Shown: one piece after another, positions 1 through 9,552 of the stretch
Numbering within the stretch: position 1 is the first letter of the stretch
Layout of the letters: every line of letters begins with the position of its first letter
Assembly (NCBI GenBank): GCA_049795175.1
Contig: JBARDN010000252.1
Span: 545 to 64,544 of the forward strand
DNA from: Candidatus Binataceae bacterium
GTDB taxonomy: Bacteria; Desulfobacterota; Binatia; Binatales; Binataceae
Length of the DNA: 64,000 nt
Direction of reading: 5' to 3'
Position numbers and translations under genes: made by a program
Notes under the pieces: model-generated
What the model saw: only the letters and a program-made list of their open reading frames with translations
Databases searched by the model: none
Told to the model about the DNA's origin: nothing

Positions 1-1494
1 GAGCATGACGCCAGCTCGCTGGCACTCTGCGACCGCGGCAGGAACTCCGGGTCTGACAGGATCGTGAAATCCCAATAGGCCGTACAGCTCCAGCTCGCGC
101 TCGTCGTGAGCCCTCGTCCCTGTGAAATCGGACAGCGAGGTACTCGCGCGACCAGCGACGGCGAGAACACGCATGCCTCGTGCAGCAAGGTCAGCGTTCG
201 CGCGTAGCGCGCGCGCCCTAGCCTCGGATTCGATCGTGCAATGTTCCAGGACGCCTTCCAGCGCACCCTTGGCAACGATCAGCGCCTCTGTCCCGTCGGC
301 TCGATTCCATACGTGTGACATATGTTTGCCGCGAGAATCGAAATCGTAGTCGTAGACCAGTCGCCAGTCGTTGAGAACGCGCGCCACGTCTACTCCGTGT
401 TCGGTGCAATGTCCGACAATCACCGCTTCGATCGAGTCGCGTGCTTGCGGTTCGCAGGCCAATGCTGCAAATCGGAGCAATTCCTCCTCGCTTAGATCGG
501 TTGCAAGTGGCACGTGTTCGCCTAGTTCAAAGGATCCCACGGTCAGCGTGCCAGTCTTGTCCAGGCAGATCACGGTGGCCGATCCGAGCGTTTCGACACA
601 ATTAATTCGCCTGACCAAGACTCCTTTACGACTCAGTCGAAACGCGCCCACGGTGAGAAAGAGCGTCAGAACGAGAACGAATTCTTCTCCGACGGATGCC
701 ATCGCGAGCGTGATGGCATAGAGAAACGCTCGTCCCGGTGGAGTTCCGCGAAATATTTCGAGAACAAAGACGCCAATCGACAATGCCACTCCTACGGTCG
801 CCGTCCATCGGACGATAACCGCCACTTTGCGCTCGAGCGGTGTGCGTTCCGAAATTGTCTCCGCAACTAGACCTGCGATCCGACCGTATTGCGAGGACTC
901 GCCGGTTGCGGTGACATATGAGAGCCCCTGCCCGGCCAGCACTCTGGAACCCGCGTAAACGCGCGATTCTTCGCCAGCCTCGTGCTCCTTGTCTTCCTTA
1001 GCTCGTTTGGTCTGCGGCTCTGACTCACCTGTGAGTTGAGACTCGTCAGTCGCGAGATTGGAAGCGCTTACAAGGGTCGCATCCGCATGAACGATGCCGC
1101 CCTCGCTGAGTACGAGGAGGTCCCCCGGCACTAACATTTCGCTGGGGACTTCCTGCTCCTGAGCGTCGCGAATAACGCGTGCTTTTGCTTCGACGTTCGT
1201 GGCGAGCTTTTTGAGAGCCGTCTGTGAGCGAATCTCGAGGATCACGTCGATCCCGAGAACGGGAATCAATGCTGCCAGAAGAACGGATCCCTCCAGCCGT
1301 TCTCCCATCAAAAGATAAGCCCCTGCGGCGACCGCGAGCATGATTGCCATCGGATCAAGAAGAAGCTTTCCGAACTCCAGGAGTCGTTGGCCTCCTCGGT
1401 GCTTAACTGCGAGGTTTCTTCCGTATATCTCAAGTCGCCTTCGCGCTTCAGCCGAAGTGAGGCCTTGCAGGGCCTGCTGAGAATGCGGCGTCAT
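1..1494 (-). CDS. P-type cation-transporting ATPase, N-terminal 498 aa; 3' end truncated by window start
   Basis: Manual minus-strand translation from ATG at 1494: MTPHSQQALQGLTSAEARRRLEIYGRNLAV... (cation_ATPase_N-like), then the phosphorylation motif CLDKTGTLT. The frame is open to base 1. An in-frame TGA lies 22 codons upstream of the ATG. Absent from the ORF track because no stop lies in the window. Confidence 0.8.
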   Translation of the reverse strand, partial: MTPHSQQALQGLTSAEARRRLEIYGRNLAVKHRGGQRLLEFGKLLLDPMAIMLAVAAGAYLLMGERLEGSVLLAALIPVLGIDVILEIRSQTALKKLATNVEAKARVIRDAQEQEVPSEMLVPGDLLVLSEGGIVHADATLVSASNLATDESQLTGESEPQTKRAKEDKEHEAGEESRVYAGSRVLAGQGLSYVTATGESSQYGRIAGLVAETISERTPLERKVAVIVRWTATVGVALSIGVFVLEIFRGTPPGRAFLYAITLAMASVGEEFVLVLTLFLTVGAFRLSRKGVLVRRINCVETLGSATVICLDKTGTLTVGSFELGEHVPLATDLSEEELLRFAALACEPQARDSIEAVIVGHCTEHGVDVARVLNDWRLVYDYDFDSRGKHMSHVWNRADGTEALIVAKGALEGVLEHCTIESEARARALRANADLAARGMRVLAVAGRASTSLSDFTGTRAHDERELELYGLLGFHDPVRPGVPAAVAECQRAGVML

Positions 1495-1518
1495 ACTGTT
1501 CCCGATACAGGTCGAGGA

Positions 1519-1536
1519 AGCTTCAAGTTTGAAGCT
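1519..1536. promoter_or_regulatory. Perfect palindrome AGCTTCAA-gt-TTGAAGCT in the divergent promoter region between the two P-type ATPase genes
   Basis: Read directly: gaAGCTTCAAgtTTGAAGCTgt. 8-bp arms with a 2-nt spacer, about 25 bp upstream of the minus-strand ATPase start codon. Typical geometry for a dimeric regulator operator. No regulator is identified. Confidence 0.3.
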
Positions 1537-1802
1537 GTAGACTGAGACATAGGCCGCTCAAACTAACGCAATTCCAAAGTGGAAAACTACGCATGTGAAG
1601 AATCACGACATGGCCTAATCGCGGTGTTGAGCCAGTTGAGCGTGCTGCTACCAAAGCTAAACCTTTTTCACCGGATCTTGACCGTCCCGTTCACATACCC
1701 GCGCCGGCGGATCCGCCGCCGGAAGTCGGCCCGCGAAAGGTTCCGAATCCTAGTCTAGTGTAGGAAGGCGGTCCAACATGATTAATATCGATTGAGCTAT
1801 TT

Positions 1803-4541
1803 ATGAAGGATCTGCCGAACACAGCAAAGGACCTTGCGCGGCAGGACTGGCACGCGCTGCCAGCCGACGCGATCGCCGTCGAGTTGGCGGCCGATCCCGT
1901 CCGCGGGCTGAGCGCCACCGAAGCGCGGCGCCGGCTCGTTATACATGGTCCCAATGAACTCGCTCAGGCTGCCGCAACGTCCGCGCTCACCATCTTAGCC
2001 CGGCAATTCGCAAGTCTCGTCATCTGGGTTCTGATTATCGCCGCTTCCGTGTCGGCGGTGATTGGCGAAAGCGTTGACGCCATCGCGATCGTCGCGATCA
2101 TCGTGCTGAACGCCGTGATTGGGTTCCTACAAGAATACCGCGCCGAGAAGGCGGTGGCCGAACTAAGGCGTATGACGGCGCCCAGGGGCCGCGTACTGCG
2201 CGACGGGACGGCCACGACCGTACCTGCCGCAACTTTGGTTCCGGGGGACCTGCTGCTGGTCGAGGCCGGCGATCTCGTGGCTGCCGACGCGCGCGTGATC
2301 GAGGAGGCGGGACTCGAAACAAACGAAGCCGCCTTGACCGGGGAATCCGCGCCGGTAGGGAAGTCGCCCACCATTTGCGCGCGTGAGACGCTGCTACCTG
2401 AGCGAAACAACATGTTGTTCCTCGGCACCGCGGTCACGCGGGGCAGCGGTCACGCGTTGGTCGTTGCCACCGGAATGCGTAGCGAATTCGGGACGATCGC
2501 CCGGCTGCTCGAAGCCGCCTCGCGTCAGCAAACTCCTCTCCAGCGCCAGTTGGACCGGGTCGCCCAGCGGCTGCTCTGGTTTTGCCTGGCGATCGTCGCG
2601 CTGATCTTCGCGCTGGGGCTGCTGCACGCGGTCCCGATTTTTGAGATGTTTCTAGGCGCGATCAGCCTCGCGGTTGCCGCCATCCCGGAGGGCCTGCCTG
2701 CGATCGTAACCGTAGCGCTTGCTTTGGGCGTCTCACGGATGGCGCGGAAAAACGCGCTCATCCGCCGCCTCCACTCCGTCGAGACGTTAGGCTGCGTGCA
2801 GGTTATATGCACCGACAAAACCGGCACGCTGACCCTCGGCGAAATGACCGCGCGCAAGGTTGTGACGTGTGACCGCGTCTTCGACGTGAAAGGCCAGGGT
2901 TACTCCACCGACGGCGCGATCTTCGCCGACGGCGAAGCCTTGTCCGGGAAGGATGCCGCGATGGACGAGTTGCTGCGAGCCGCAGTCACCTGCAACGACT
3001 CGCATCTGACCTCAGAGGCCGGCCGTCCCGCTATCGTCGGCGATCCGACGGAGGGCGCTCTGCTCGTGCTCGCCGCCAAGGCGGGCATCACCCGCGATCA
3101 AGTCGCCGCGCACAGGCGCCGAGTCGGGACGATTGCGTTCACGTCCGAGCGCAAGCGGATGACCGTGATGGTGAAAACGGACCGCGGCCTGATCGCATAT
3201 ATCAAGGGCGCACCCGAGATGGTCCTCGCACGATGTTCGCGAATCAGAATGCGTGACGGGGTCAAATCGCTGGACCCCGAGGACCGCGCTCGAATAACGG
3301 AGGCGAACGCGATAATGGCGAGCGACGCGCTGCGCGTCATCGCATGTGCGCGGCGAGCGCTCGAACCGGCAGCCTTGCGTAACGAGGTTCCGATCGACGA
3401 AGCGGAGATTGAGCGCGACCTCGAGTTTCTGGGGCTAGTCGGGATGCAGGATCCGCCGCGGGGCGAAGCGCGGGAAGCGGTGCGCAAATGCAAACTGGCC
3501 GGAATCCGCACCGTCATGATCACCGGCGATCATCCCGATACCGCCGCAGCGATTGCTCGCGACCTCGGCATCCTGCGTCCGGGTGACCTGGCGCTCACCG
3601 GCGCCGAACTCGACAGGATGAGCGACGAGGATTTGCGAAAGCACATTTGCAAAGTTTCCGTCTATGCGCGCGTTACCGCCGAACACAAGCTGAAAATCGT
3701 CCGCGCCTGGAAATCGCACGGCGTGGTGGTCGCTATGACCGGTGATGGCGTCAATGATGCCCCTGCGCTTAAGGAGGCCACGATCGGTATCGCCATGGGG
3801 ATCACAGGGACCGAAGTCACCAAGGAGGCCGCCGACATCATAATTGTAGACGACAATTTCGCCACCATCGTCGCGGCAGTCGAGGAGGGCCGCGGCATAT
3901 ACGACAACATCGCCAAGACGCTGCTCTACCTGATGGGCGGAAATTTCGGCGAGCTTTTGGTGATGCTGATCGCGGCGGTCATCGGCTGGCCGCTCCCGCT
4001 GCTCCCCATCCAGTTGCTCTGGATCAACCTCGTGTCCGACGGGTTGCCCGCACTCGCACTGGCGACTGATCCAATCGATCGCGATGTGCTCCTGCGTCCG
4101 CCGCGCGACCCCAAAGTGGAAATCATCAGTCGGAGCTTCATGGGAGGAGTGCTACTGGTCGGTTGTCTCTCCGCCGCGGTAACTCTCATCGCGTTCGGCT
4201 ACGCGCTTCACAGCGGTATGGAAATAGCACGGGCGCGCAACGCAGCCTTCTTCGTGCTCGTGGTGGAGGAGCTGGTGCGGGTTTTTGGCGCGCGCAGCGC
4301 GAACAAGCCGCTTTGGCGAATCGGCGTTCTCACCAACCTGCGCCTGCTGTGGGTCGTGCTCATGAGCTTCGCGCTTCAACTCGTAATTTCCGCCACTCCA
4401 GTGATGGAACAAATTTTTCAAACTCAGCGAGTCACCCTGGCCGAGTGCGCGGTAGGTATAGTGCTTGGTCTGATTCCGCTTTCGACTCTGGAAGTGATAA
4501 AGGTCCTAAGGATGAAGCTCAATCGCAAGACGGGGCGATGA
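1803..4541 (+). CDS. P-type cation-translocating ATPase (P2-type, Ca2+/Mg2+-ATPase-like), 912 aa
   Basis: ICTDKTGTLT phosphorylation motif and TGDGVNDAPAL hinge motif. N-terminal cation_ATPase_N-like region and 10 predicted TM segments. ATG at 1803 is the first start after an in-frame TGA. Confidence 0.9.
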   Translation: MKDLPNTAKDLARQDWHALPADAIAVELAADPVRGLSATEARRRLVIHGPNELAQAAATSALTILARQFASLVIWVLIIAASVSAVIGESVDAIAIVAIIVLNAVIGFLQEYRAEKAVAELRRMTAPRGRVLRDGTATTVPAATLVPGDLLLVEAGDLVAADARVIEEAGLETNEAALTGESAPVGKSPTICARETLLPERNNMLFLGTAVTRGSGHALVVATGMRSEFGTIARLLEAASRQQTPLQRQLDRVAQRLLWFCLAIVALIFALGLLHAVPIFEMFLGAISLAVAAIPEGLPAIVTVALALGVSRMARKNALIRRLHSVETLGCVQVICTDKTGTLTLGEMTARKVVTCDRVFDVKGQGYSTDGAIFADGEALSGKDAAMDELLRAAVTCNDSHLTSEAGRPAIVGDPTEGALLVLAAKAGITRDQVAAHRRRVGTIAFTSERKRMTVMVKTDRGLIAYIKGAPEMVLARCSRIRMRDGVKSLDPEDRARITEANAIMASDALRVIACARRALEPAALRNEVPIDEAEIERDLEFLGLVGMQDPPRGEAREAVRKCKLAGIRTVMITGDHPDTAAAIARDLGILRPGDLALTGAELDRMSDEDLRKHICKVSVYARVTAEHKLKIVRAWKSHGVVVAMTGDGVNDAPALKEATIGIAMGITGTEVTKEAADIIIVDDNFATIVAAVEEGRGIYDNIAKTLLYLMGGNFGELLVMLIAAVIGWPLPLLPIQLLWINLVSDGLPALALATDPIDRDVLLRPPRDPKVEIISRSFMGGVLLVGCLSAAVTLIAFGYALHSGMEIARARNAAFFVLVVEELVRVFGARSANKPLWRIGVLTNLRLLWVVLMSFALQLVISATPVMEQIFQTQRVTLAECAVGIVLGLIPLSTLEVIKVLRMKLNRKTGR

Positions 4542-4609
4542 ACCAGGTGCGCGGCTTGGAGGGTTCGTGTTGGTTTGCCGCAGATGAATTTGCGACCTGC
4601 TTACGCGAT

Positions 4610-4873
4610 TTATGAGAAGTATCCGTCACGTCTAAGCGCATCGTTAAAACGAAAACACTTCGGGCTGATTTCGACGACATTTTGATCCAAGTAGAGGAGC
4701 CGCTGACAGAGATGTTGCCGGAACCAGATCGCTTTCAGGCCGGCGGATTCCCAAGGTTTGAGGTCGCCTTTCTCTATTAGATCTTTCAGTTCCGTGAGCT
4801 TCTTGACGATCTGTGCTTGCGACTCCTCGATCGGTATGCGGTATTCCGATACTCGAGGTGAGGCAGCTCCCAC
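4610..4873 (-). CDS. Hypothetical small protein (87 aa), GTG start
   Basis: Track ORF with balanced, non-repetitive composition (…LTELKDLIEKGDLKPWESAGLKAIWFRQHLCQRLLYLDQ…). Lies 54 nt downstream of the BVMO gene on the same strand, in a locally lower-GC pocket. No recognisable family and a weak RBS. Confidence 0.3.
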   Translation of the reverse strand: MGAASPRVSEYRIPIEESQAQIVKKLTELKDLIEKGDLKPWESAGLKAIWFRQHLCQRLLYLDQNVVEISPKCFRFNDALRRDGYFS

Positions 4874-4927
4874 TCGCGTTTCCGGAACATGTAAGTATCG
4901 CTTGGTGCTATCCTGCCGCGCGCGTCC

Positions 4928-6829
4928 TCATTTGCCGGAGCGTTCTTCGCTTTCGAAGACATAGGGTTCCAGCGTCGATTGTGCGTCGACGCGGAACTTG
5001 TGCCATCTGCCGCCGCCGTAATATGCGAGGCTTCCCGGCTGCGCGTTGCCTTCACCGTTGTAATAGGAGATGCAGTCGCGAAGCGGCGCCGTCGCGACGT
5101 CAACCTCGCGGCAATGCTCCCCGTAACGGTCTTCCGGTTCCTTTTTGACATCGACGACGAGCGCGCCGCGTTCGCGCATGGTGCGCAACATCCATACGAC
5201 ATAGTCGCCGTGCGCATCGATCGCGTCAGTGAAGTTGAAGCTGCCGCCGCCGCCCTGCGGGCCGGTGACGATGAACAGGTTGGGGAAGCCGTGGCTATGC
5301 AGGCCCAGGAAAGTTCTGGTCCCTTCCGCTTCCCACTTATCCTTCAGCGTGCGTCCGCCGCGGCCGGTTACCATGTTGAAGGTCGAGGTGCCCATCCACT
5401 GGAATCCGGTCGCATAGATCAGCACGTCGAGTGGATATTCGACGCCTTTATGGACGATGCCGCGCTCGTTTATCTCGCTCACGCCTCGCGGCGCGGTATC
5501 AACCAGGTGGACGTGCGGCAGGTTGAACGTTTGCAGATACTCATCATGGAAGGTCGGCCGCTTACAGCCATAGGGATAGTATGGCTTCAATGCGGCCGCG
5601 GTCTTCGGATCATTGACTAACGCGTCGACGCGAGCGCGAATCTGCTCCATGATGCGGAAGTTGGAATCGAGCTGCTTCCGGAGCAGCTCCTCCGGCGATA
5701 TCTCATGCTCGTGTCTTTTGGGCGGCCTGATGTCTTTGATCTTGCCAGCCAGGTAGTCGTCGTTCGCCTGAATCGCCGTGCGGCCCTGAGATATCTTCGA
5801 AAAGCGCGCGCGCCTGGCGCGGGACCATCCTGGCTCCGTGGTCCAGGTTGCCCGTTCTTCATCGGTCGTAGCGCGCTGGTCACGCACGTCGACCGAGGAC
5901 GGCGTGCGTTGGAACACGTAGAGCTGCCCGACAATCTTCGCGAGCTCCGGCACCGCCTGCACCGCGGTAGCGCCGGTGCCGATGATGCCGACCGTCTTGC
6001 CGCGAAGGTCGATATTGTAATTCCAGCGCGAGGTGTGAAAGGACGCGCCTTTGAACTTCTCCATACCTGCGATCCGCGCGAGCTTCGGCGTCGTGAGGAT
6101 GCCGTTGGCAAGGATCACGAAGCGCGCACGCATCTTGTCGCCCCGGTCAGTCTCGACGGTCCAGCGGCCCGATCCTTCGTCCCAGGTCGTTGCCGCGACC
6201 GTCGTATGAAATAGACAGTGGTCATAGAAGCCGAACTTCTGGGCCATGTTTTGGCAATATTCCAGAATCTCGAAGCCCGACGCGAACTTCATCGACGGGA
6301 CATAGCCCATCTCCTCGAGCAGTGGGAGATAGCTATAGGATTCAACGTCGCAGGCGATACCGGGGTAACGGTTCCAGTACCATGTTCCGCCGACATCGCC
6401 ACCCTTCTCGCAAAAACGCACATCGGTGAAGCCCGCGTCTCTCAGCTTGTGCCATAGCAGCAAACCGCCGAAGCCGGCGCCGACCACCAGTATCTCGCAT
6501 TCGTCGGTCAACGCTTCGCGCGGAATCGGCGGCTCCGAATATACGTCGTCCAGATACTTTTTGAACTCGCCCTCCATCGCCATGTAGTCGGCGGCGCCGC
6601 GACGAGCCTCCTTGAATTCGCGGTACTTGGCCTGCTCATCCGCATTAAAGGTCGCGCCGGGTGGCAATTCGGGCAACTCCTTAAGCTTCTGATCGGCGAG
6701 GACGGAGTAGCCCTTGCCGGCGATCTTTTCGGACGCCTTGGCCGCGCGCGTGTTGAAGATTTTCAAGCCGGTCTCCGGGTCGATACGGACTGCTGCGTTC
6801 ATTTGAGTTCCTCGAGGTTGCAAAACCAC
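4928..6829 (-). CDS. Baeyer-Villiger (class B flavin) monooxygenase, 633 aa
   Basis: FAD GxGxxG (VVGAGFGGLLL), the BVMO fingerprint FxGxxxHxxxW (FKGASFHTSRW), a second Rossmann motif GTGATAVQ, and the GGTWYWNRYPG motif. Confidence 0.88.
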   Translation of the reverse strand: MVLQPRGTQMNAAVRIDPETGLKIFNTRAAKASEKIAGKGYSVLADQKLKELPELPPGATFNADEQAKYREFKEARRGAADYMAMEGEFKKYLDDVYSEPPIPREALTDECEILVVGAGFGGLLLWHKLRDAGFTDVRFCEKGGDVGGTWYWNRYPGIACDVESYSYLPLLEEMGYVPSMKFASGFEILEYCQNMAQKFGFYDHCLFHTTVAATTWDEGSGRWTVETDRGDKMRARFVILANGILTTPKLARIAGMEKFKGASFHTSRWNYNIDLRGKTVGIIGTGATAVQAVPELAKIVGQLYVFQRTPSSVDVRDQRATTDEERATWTTEPGWSRARRARFSKISQGRTAIQANDDYLAGKIKDIRPPKRHEHEISPEELLRKQLDSNFRIMEQIRARVDALVNDPKTAAALKPYYPYGCKRPTFHDEYLQTFNLPHVHLVDTAPRGVSEINERGIVHKGVEYPLDVLIYATGFQWMGTSTFNMVTGRGGRTLKDKWEAEGTRTFLGLHSHGFPNLFIVTGPQGGGGSFNFTDAIDAHGDYVVWMLRTMRERGALVVDVKKEPEDRYGEHCREVDVATAPLRDCISYYNGEGNAQPGSLAYYGGGRWHKFRVDAQSTLEPYVFESEERSGK

Positions 6830-6889
6830 TCTAGCGAAGATCGGCTTGACGGTGACAGAGCCGGCTCCCGGCGATCCGTCAGCGGGCGC

Positions 6890-7405
6890 CTAACGCCCCA
6901 TCTTCAACAGGTCATCGCCCGCCCATCCGTCTTTCATCGGCACCATGAAGTACGGCGTCAGACTCATCTTGCTGAATTTCCACTGACCCTCGCGCTTGAC
7001 GTATTCGTCGTTGTAGCGAGCGGCGACCACATAGCTCTCGCCGTTATACACGGGCTTGGCTTCGAGATATGCGAACCCGTCGGCGCGATCGCCATGAATA
7101 TGGATCACATGATTGTGAATGAACTGGCGCACGCGATAGAGACCGCGGCGCGGCGGGGCGCTCTCGGAACGCCTGCTGCCGAGACCCGAGAAGAACTCCC
7201 TGATCTTGTCGCGTCCCTTTGCGTTGCCGAGATGGCCAAACTCAAGCTCTCCGTCTTCGCTGAACAGATCTGGAATCTCGCCCACTTTCCCATCATTGAT
7301 GCATTCGTGGTAGCGCATCCGCAGATCACGGATCGCCTCGCGGTCGTATAGTTCCGATACTTTTGCTTCCAGATTGCTGATCCGATCTTCGGGGCTGATC
7401 GCCAT
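6890..7405 (-). CDS. SnoaL-like / NTF2-like domain protein, 171 aa
   Basis: Size and pattern fit the SnoaL polyketide-cyclase-like fold (…YHECINDGKVGEIPDLFSEDGELEFG…). Sits immediately upstream of and co-oriented with the BVMO. Confidence 0.6.
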   Translation of the reverse strand: MAISPEDRISNLEAKVSELYDREAIRDLRMRYHECINDGKVGEIPDLFSEDGELEFGHLGNAKGRDKIREFFSGLGSRRSESAPPRRGLYRVRQFIHNHVIHIHGDRADGFAYLEAKPVYNGESYVVAARYNDEYVKREGQWKFSKMSLTPYFMVPMKDGWAGDDLLKMGR

Positions 7406-7567
7406 TACTGATCCTCCTGTTCGCTCGGGATTCTAAGCGCGCACGGATTTAGCTGTCCATCGGAGACACCTGCGCAATCGGTTGGACAGGTTCGTACGGC
7501 AAATTCTAGAATCGGAGCGATCGAGGAACTGTTCCAGGGTCGCGGTAATATTAAGGAGGCTTTAGCG

Positions 7568-7939
7568 ATGGCGAAATACACCTTCATCGTTATGACCAAT
7601 CCGGTTGAGGGCAAAGAGGCGGAATACAACGATTGGTATAACACCCATCATGTGCCGGATGTGTTGAACATTCCCGGATTCGTATCGGCACAACGCTTCT
7701 GCCTCGCCGACGCGCAAATGGGACGTGATCAGGGCCGCCCGCACAAATATCTCGCTCTCTATGAAATCGAGACTGGCGATCTGGCGGGTACGTTAAAGGA
7801 ATTGCGCGCGCGGGGAGGAACACCGGAAATCGTTCCGAGCGACGCGATCGATATGAAAAACGTCGCGACCTTTGTCTTCACGCCGGTGGCGGAGAAGGTG
7901 AAGGCCTCCGAGGTGAAACGCCCGCGCCGCACCGCCTGA
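7568..7939 (+). CDS. DUF4286 family dimeric alpha+beta-barrel protein, 123 aa
   Basis: DWYNTHHVPDVLNIPGFVSAQRF matches the DUF4286 pattern W..eH.p.ll..PGF.sA.R.. Strong RBS AAGGAGG 8 nt upstream of the ATG. Confidence 0.6.
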   Translation: MAKYTFIVMTNPVEGKEAEYNDWYNTHHVPDVLNIPGFVSAQRFCLADAQMGRDQGRPHKYLALYEIETGDLAGTLKELRARGGTPEIVPSDAIDMKNVATFVFTPVAEKVKASEVKRPRRTA

Positions 7940-8046
7940 AACTTTGCCCGTGCACCGCTTCGTTGCGTAGGCTGCCGAAGCATTGATGGCAATACGCGCG
8001 GGGCCGTGCTCATCTACAGGCAAATCTCATACGGCGGCTGAGGTCG

Positions 8047-8754
8047 ATGAGCGCGATTCGGATTGGAACCTCAGGGTTCAGCTACAAGGAATGGGTCGGC
8101 GGATTCTATCCGGCGAAGACGCCCGGCGCGAAGATGCTCGAGTACTACGCCGAGCGTCTGCCGACGGTTGAAATCAACATGACCTTCCGCCGCCTGCCGA
8201 CACGCACGCTGCTGGAGGGCTGGGCCGTGAAGACTCCCGCGCATTTCCGCTTCGCGCTCAAAGCTCCGCAGCGCATTACTCACTTCGCCAAGCTGCGCGA
8301 CACCGAGGAGGTGCTCGACTATTTTATCGAGACCGCGGGTGCGCTCGGCGAGCGGATCGCGCCGACGTTGTTCCAGCTTCCGCCGAACTTCAAGCGCGAC
8401 ACGGGACTGCTGAAAGATTTTCTCGCTCAACTTGGCGGGCGGATGCCGGTGGCGTTCGAGTTCCGCGACGAATCATGGTTCGACGACTCGATCCTCGGCG
8501 CGCTCGCCGACGCGAAGGCTGCTCTCTGTATAGCGGAGAGCGAAAAGCTCGCGACGCCGGTGGTGCGGACCGCACCATACGTTTACCTGCGGCTGCGGAT
8601 GGAAAATTACGACGACGCCGGACTCGCGCAGTGGGCCAAACGTATCAGCTCGTTCTTCGATGACGGCGCCGACGTATTCGCGTACTTCAAGCACGAGTCG
8701 TCGGCACCCGACCTCGCGAACCGCCTCCGCGCCCTGCTCCCCGGCGCGATTTGA
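8047..8754 (+). CDS. DUF72 (YecE-like) family protein, 235 aa
   Basis: N-terminal IRIGTSGFSYKEWVGGFYP is the DUF72 hallmark. Confidence 0.8.
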   Translation: MSAIRIGTSGFSYKEWVGGFYPAKTPGAKMLEYYAERLPTVEINMTFRRLPTRTLLEGWAVKTPAHFRFALKAPQRITHFAKLRDTEEVLDYFIETAGALGERIAPTLFQLPPNFKRDTGLLKDFLAQLGGRMPVAFEFRDESWFDDSILGALADAKAALCIAESEKLATPVVRTAPYVYLRLRMENYDDAGLAQWAKRISSFFDDGADVFAYFKHESSAPDLANRLRALLPGAI

Positions 8755-8765
8755 GACTGATACGA

Positions 8766-9359
8766 CTATTCGGACTTAAGGAGCGCGCCAACCAGCCGCT
8801 CTAGCACCTGCCGCGCGCGTGGCGCCGCGAGCTTCTGATCCTTGCGTAACCGCCGCCAGGTCTCGAAACTTAAAACCAGATCAAGGCTCTCGAAGAATGA
8901 GGCGTCATCGCGTTGCTTCTTCGGCAGCACGCGGCTGACCGACGCGCGCTGCTCCCGCGTCATCTCGGACCACCGCTTGGCAAGAAACGGCGAATGCTGC
9001 CGGTGGACATCCGCCGCGATCTTGAACGGCATGATGCGTTCGAAAATGCGGATGCGCCGGTCAATCAATTCGCCCACCTGTGCCCTCCACTCGCGCGCCG
9101 AGAAAGGACGTTCGATCATCGGACGAATCTCGGCAGACATCACCGCATTGATCTGCTGATACAGGCTTTCCATATTATCGAAATGGCGAAAAACCGTGCG
9201 CAGCCCCACGCCGGCGCGTATCGCGACGGCCTCCGCGCTGGGCGTAACGACGCCGGCATCGACGAGTTCCAGCATCGCACGCAGGATACGCTCGCGGCTT
9301 GCTTCACTCCGCTGCCGGCGGCCGTCAGTCTGTTCCGGTTTTGATGCGTCGATATGCAT
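8766..9359 (-). CDS. TetR/AcrR family transcriptional regulator
   Basis: N-terminal HTH region RERILRAMLELVDAGVVTPSAEAVAIRAGVGLRTVFRHF. The track ORF starts at TTG 9371; ATG 9359 (MHIDASKPEQ…) is the likelier start. Divergent from the dehalogenase operon. Confidence 0.85.
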   Translation of the reverse strand: MHIDASKPEQTDGRRQRSEASRERILRAMLELVDAGVVTPSAEAVAIRAGVGLRTVFRHFDNMESLYQQINAVMSAEIRPMIERPFSAREWRAQVGELIDRRIRIFERIMPFKIAADVHRQHSPFLAKRWSEMTREQRASVSRVLPKKQRDDASFFESLDLVLSFETWRRLRKDQKLAAPRARQVLERLVGALLKSE

Positions 9360-9552
9360 CGTTCGTTGCAATCAGCTTCCGGTCGTGTGTCGCGTGCGCT
9401 GGCGGGGATTGGCCCGTCGTCTGTCTATTTTCGCAATATAGATATTACGTTCCGTCCTTATTTCGAGCATCTTGACCGGCGGGAAATAAAATGACACTAA
9501 CTATGCCAATATATTACCTGCCGAACAAGACCCCGAACAAGGAGGTTCACTG

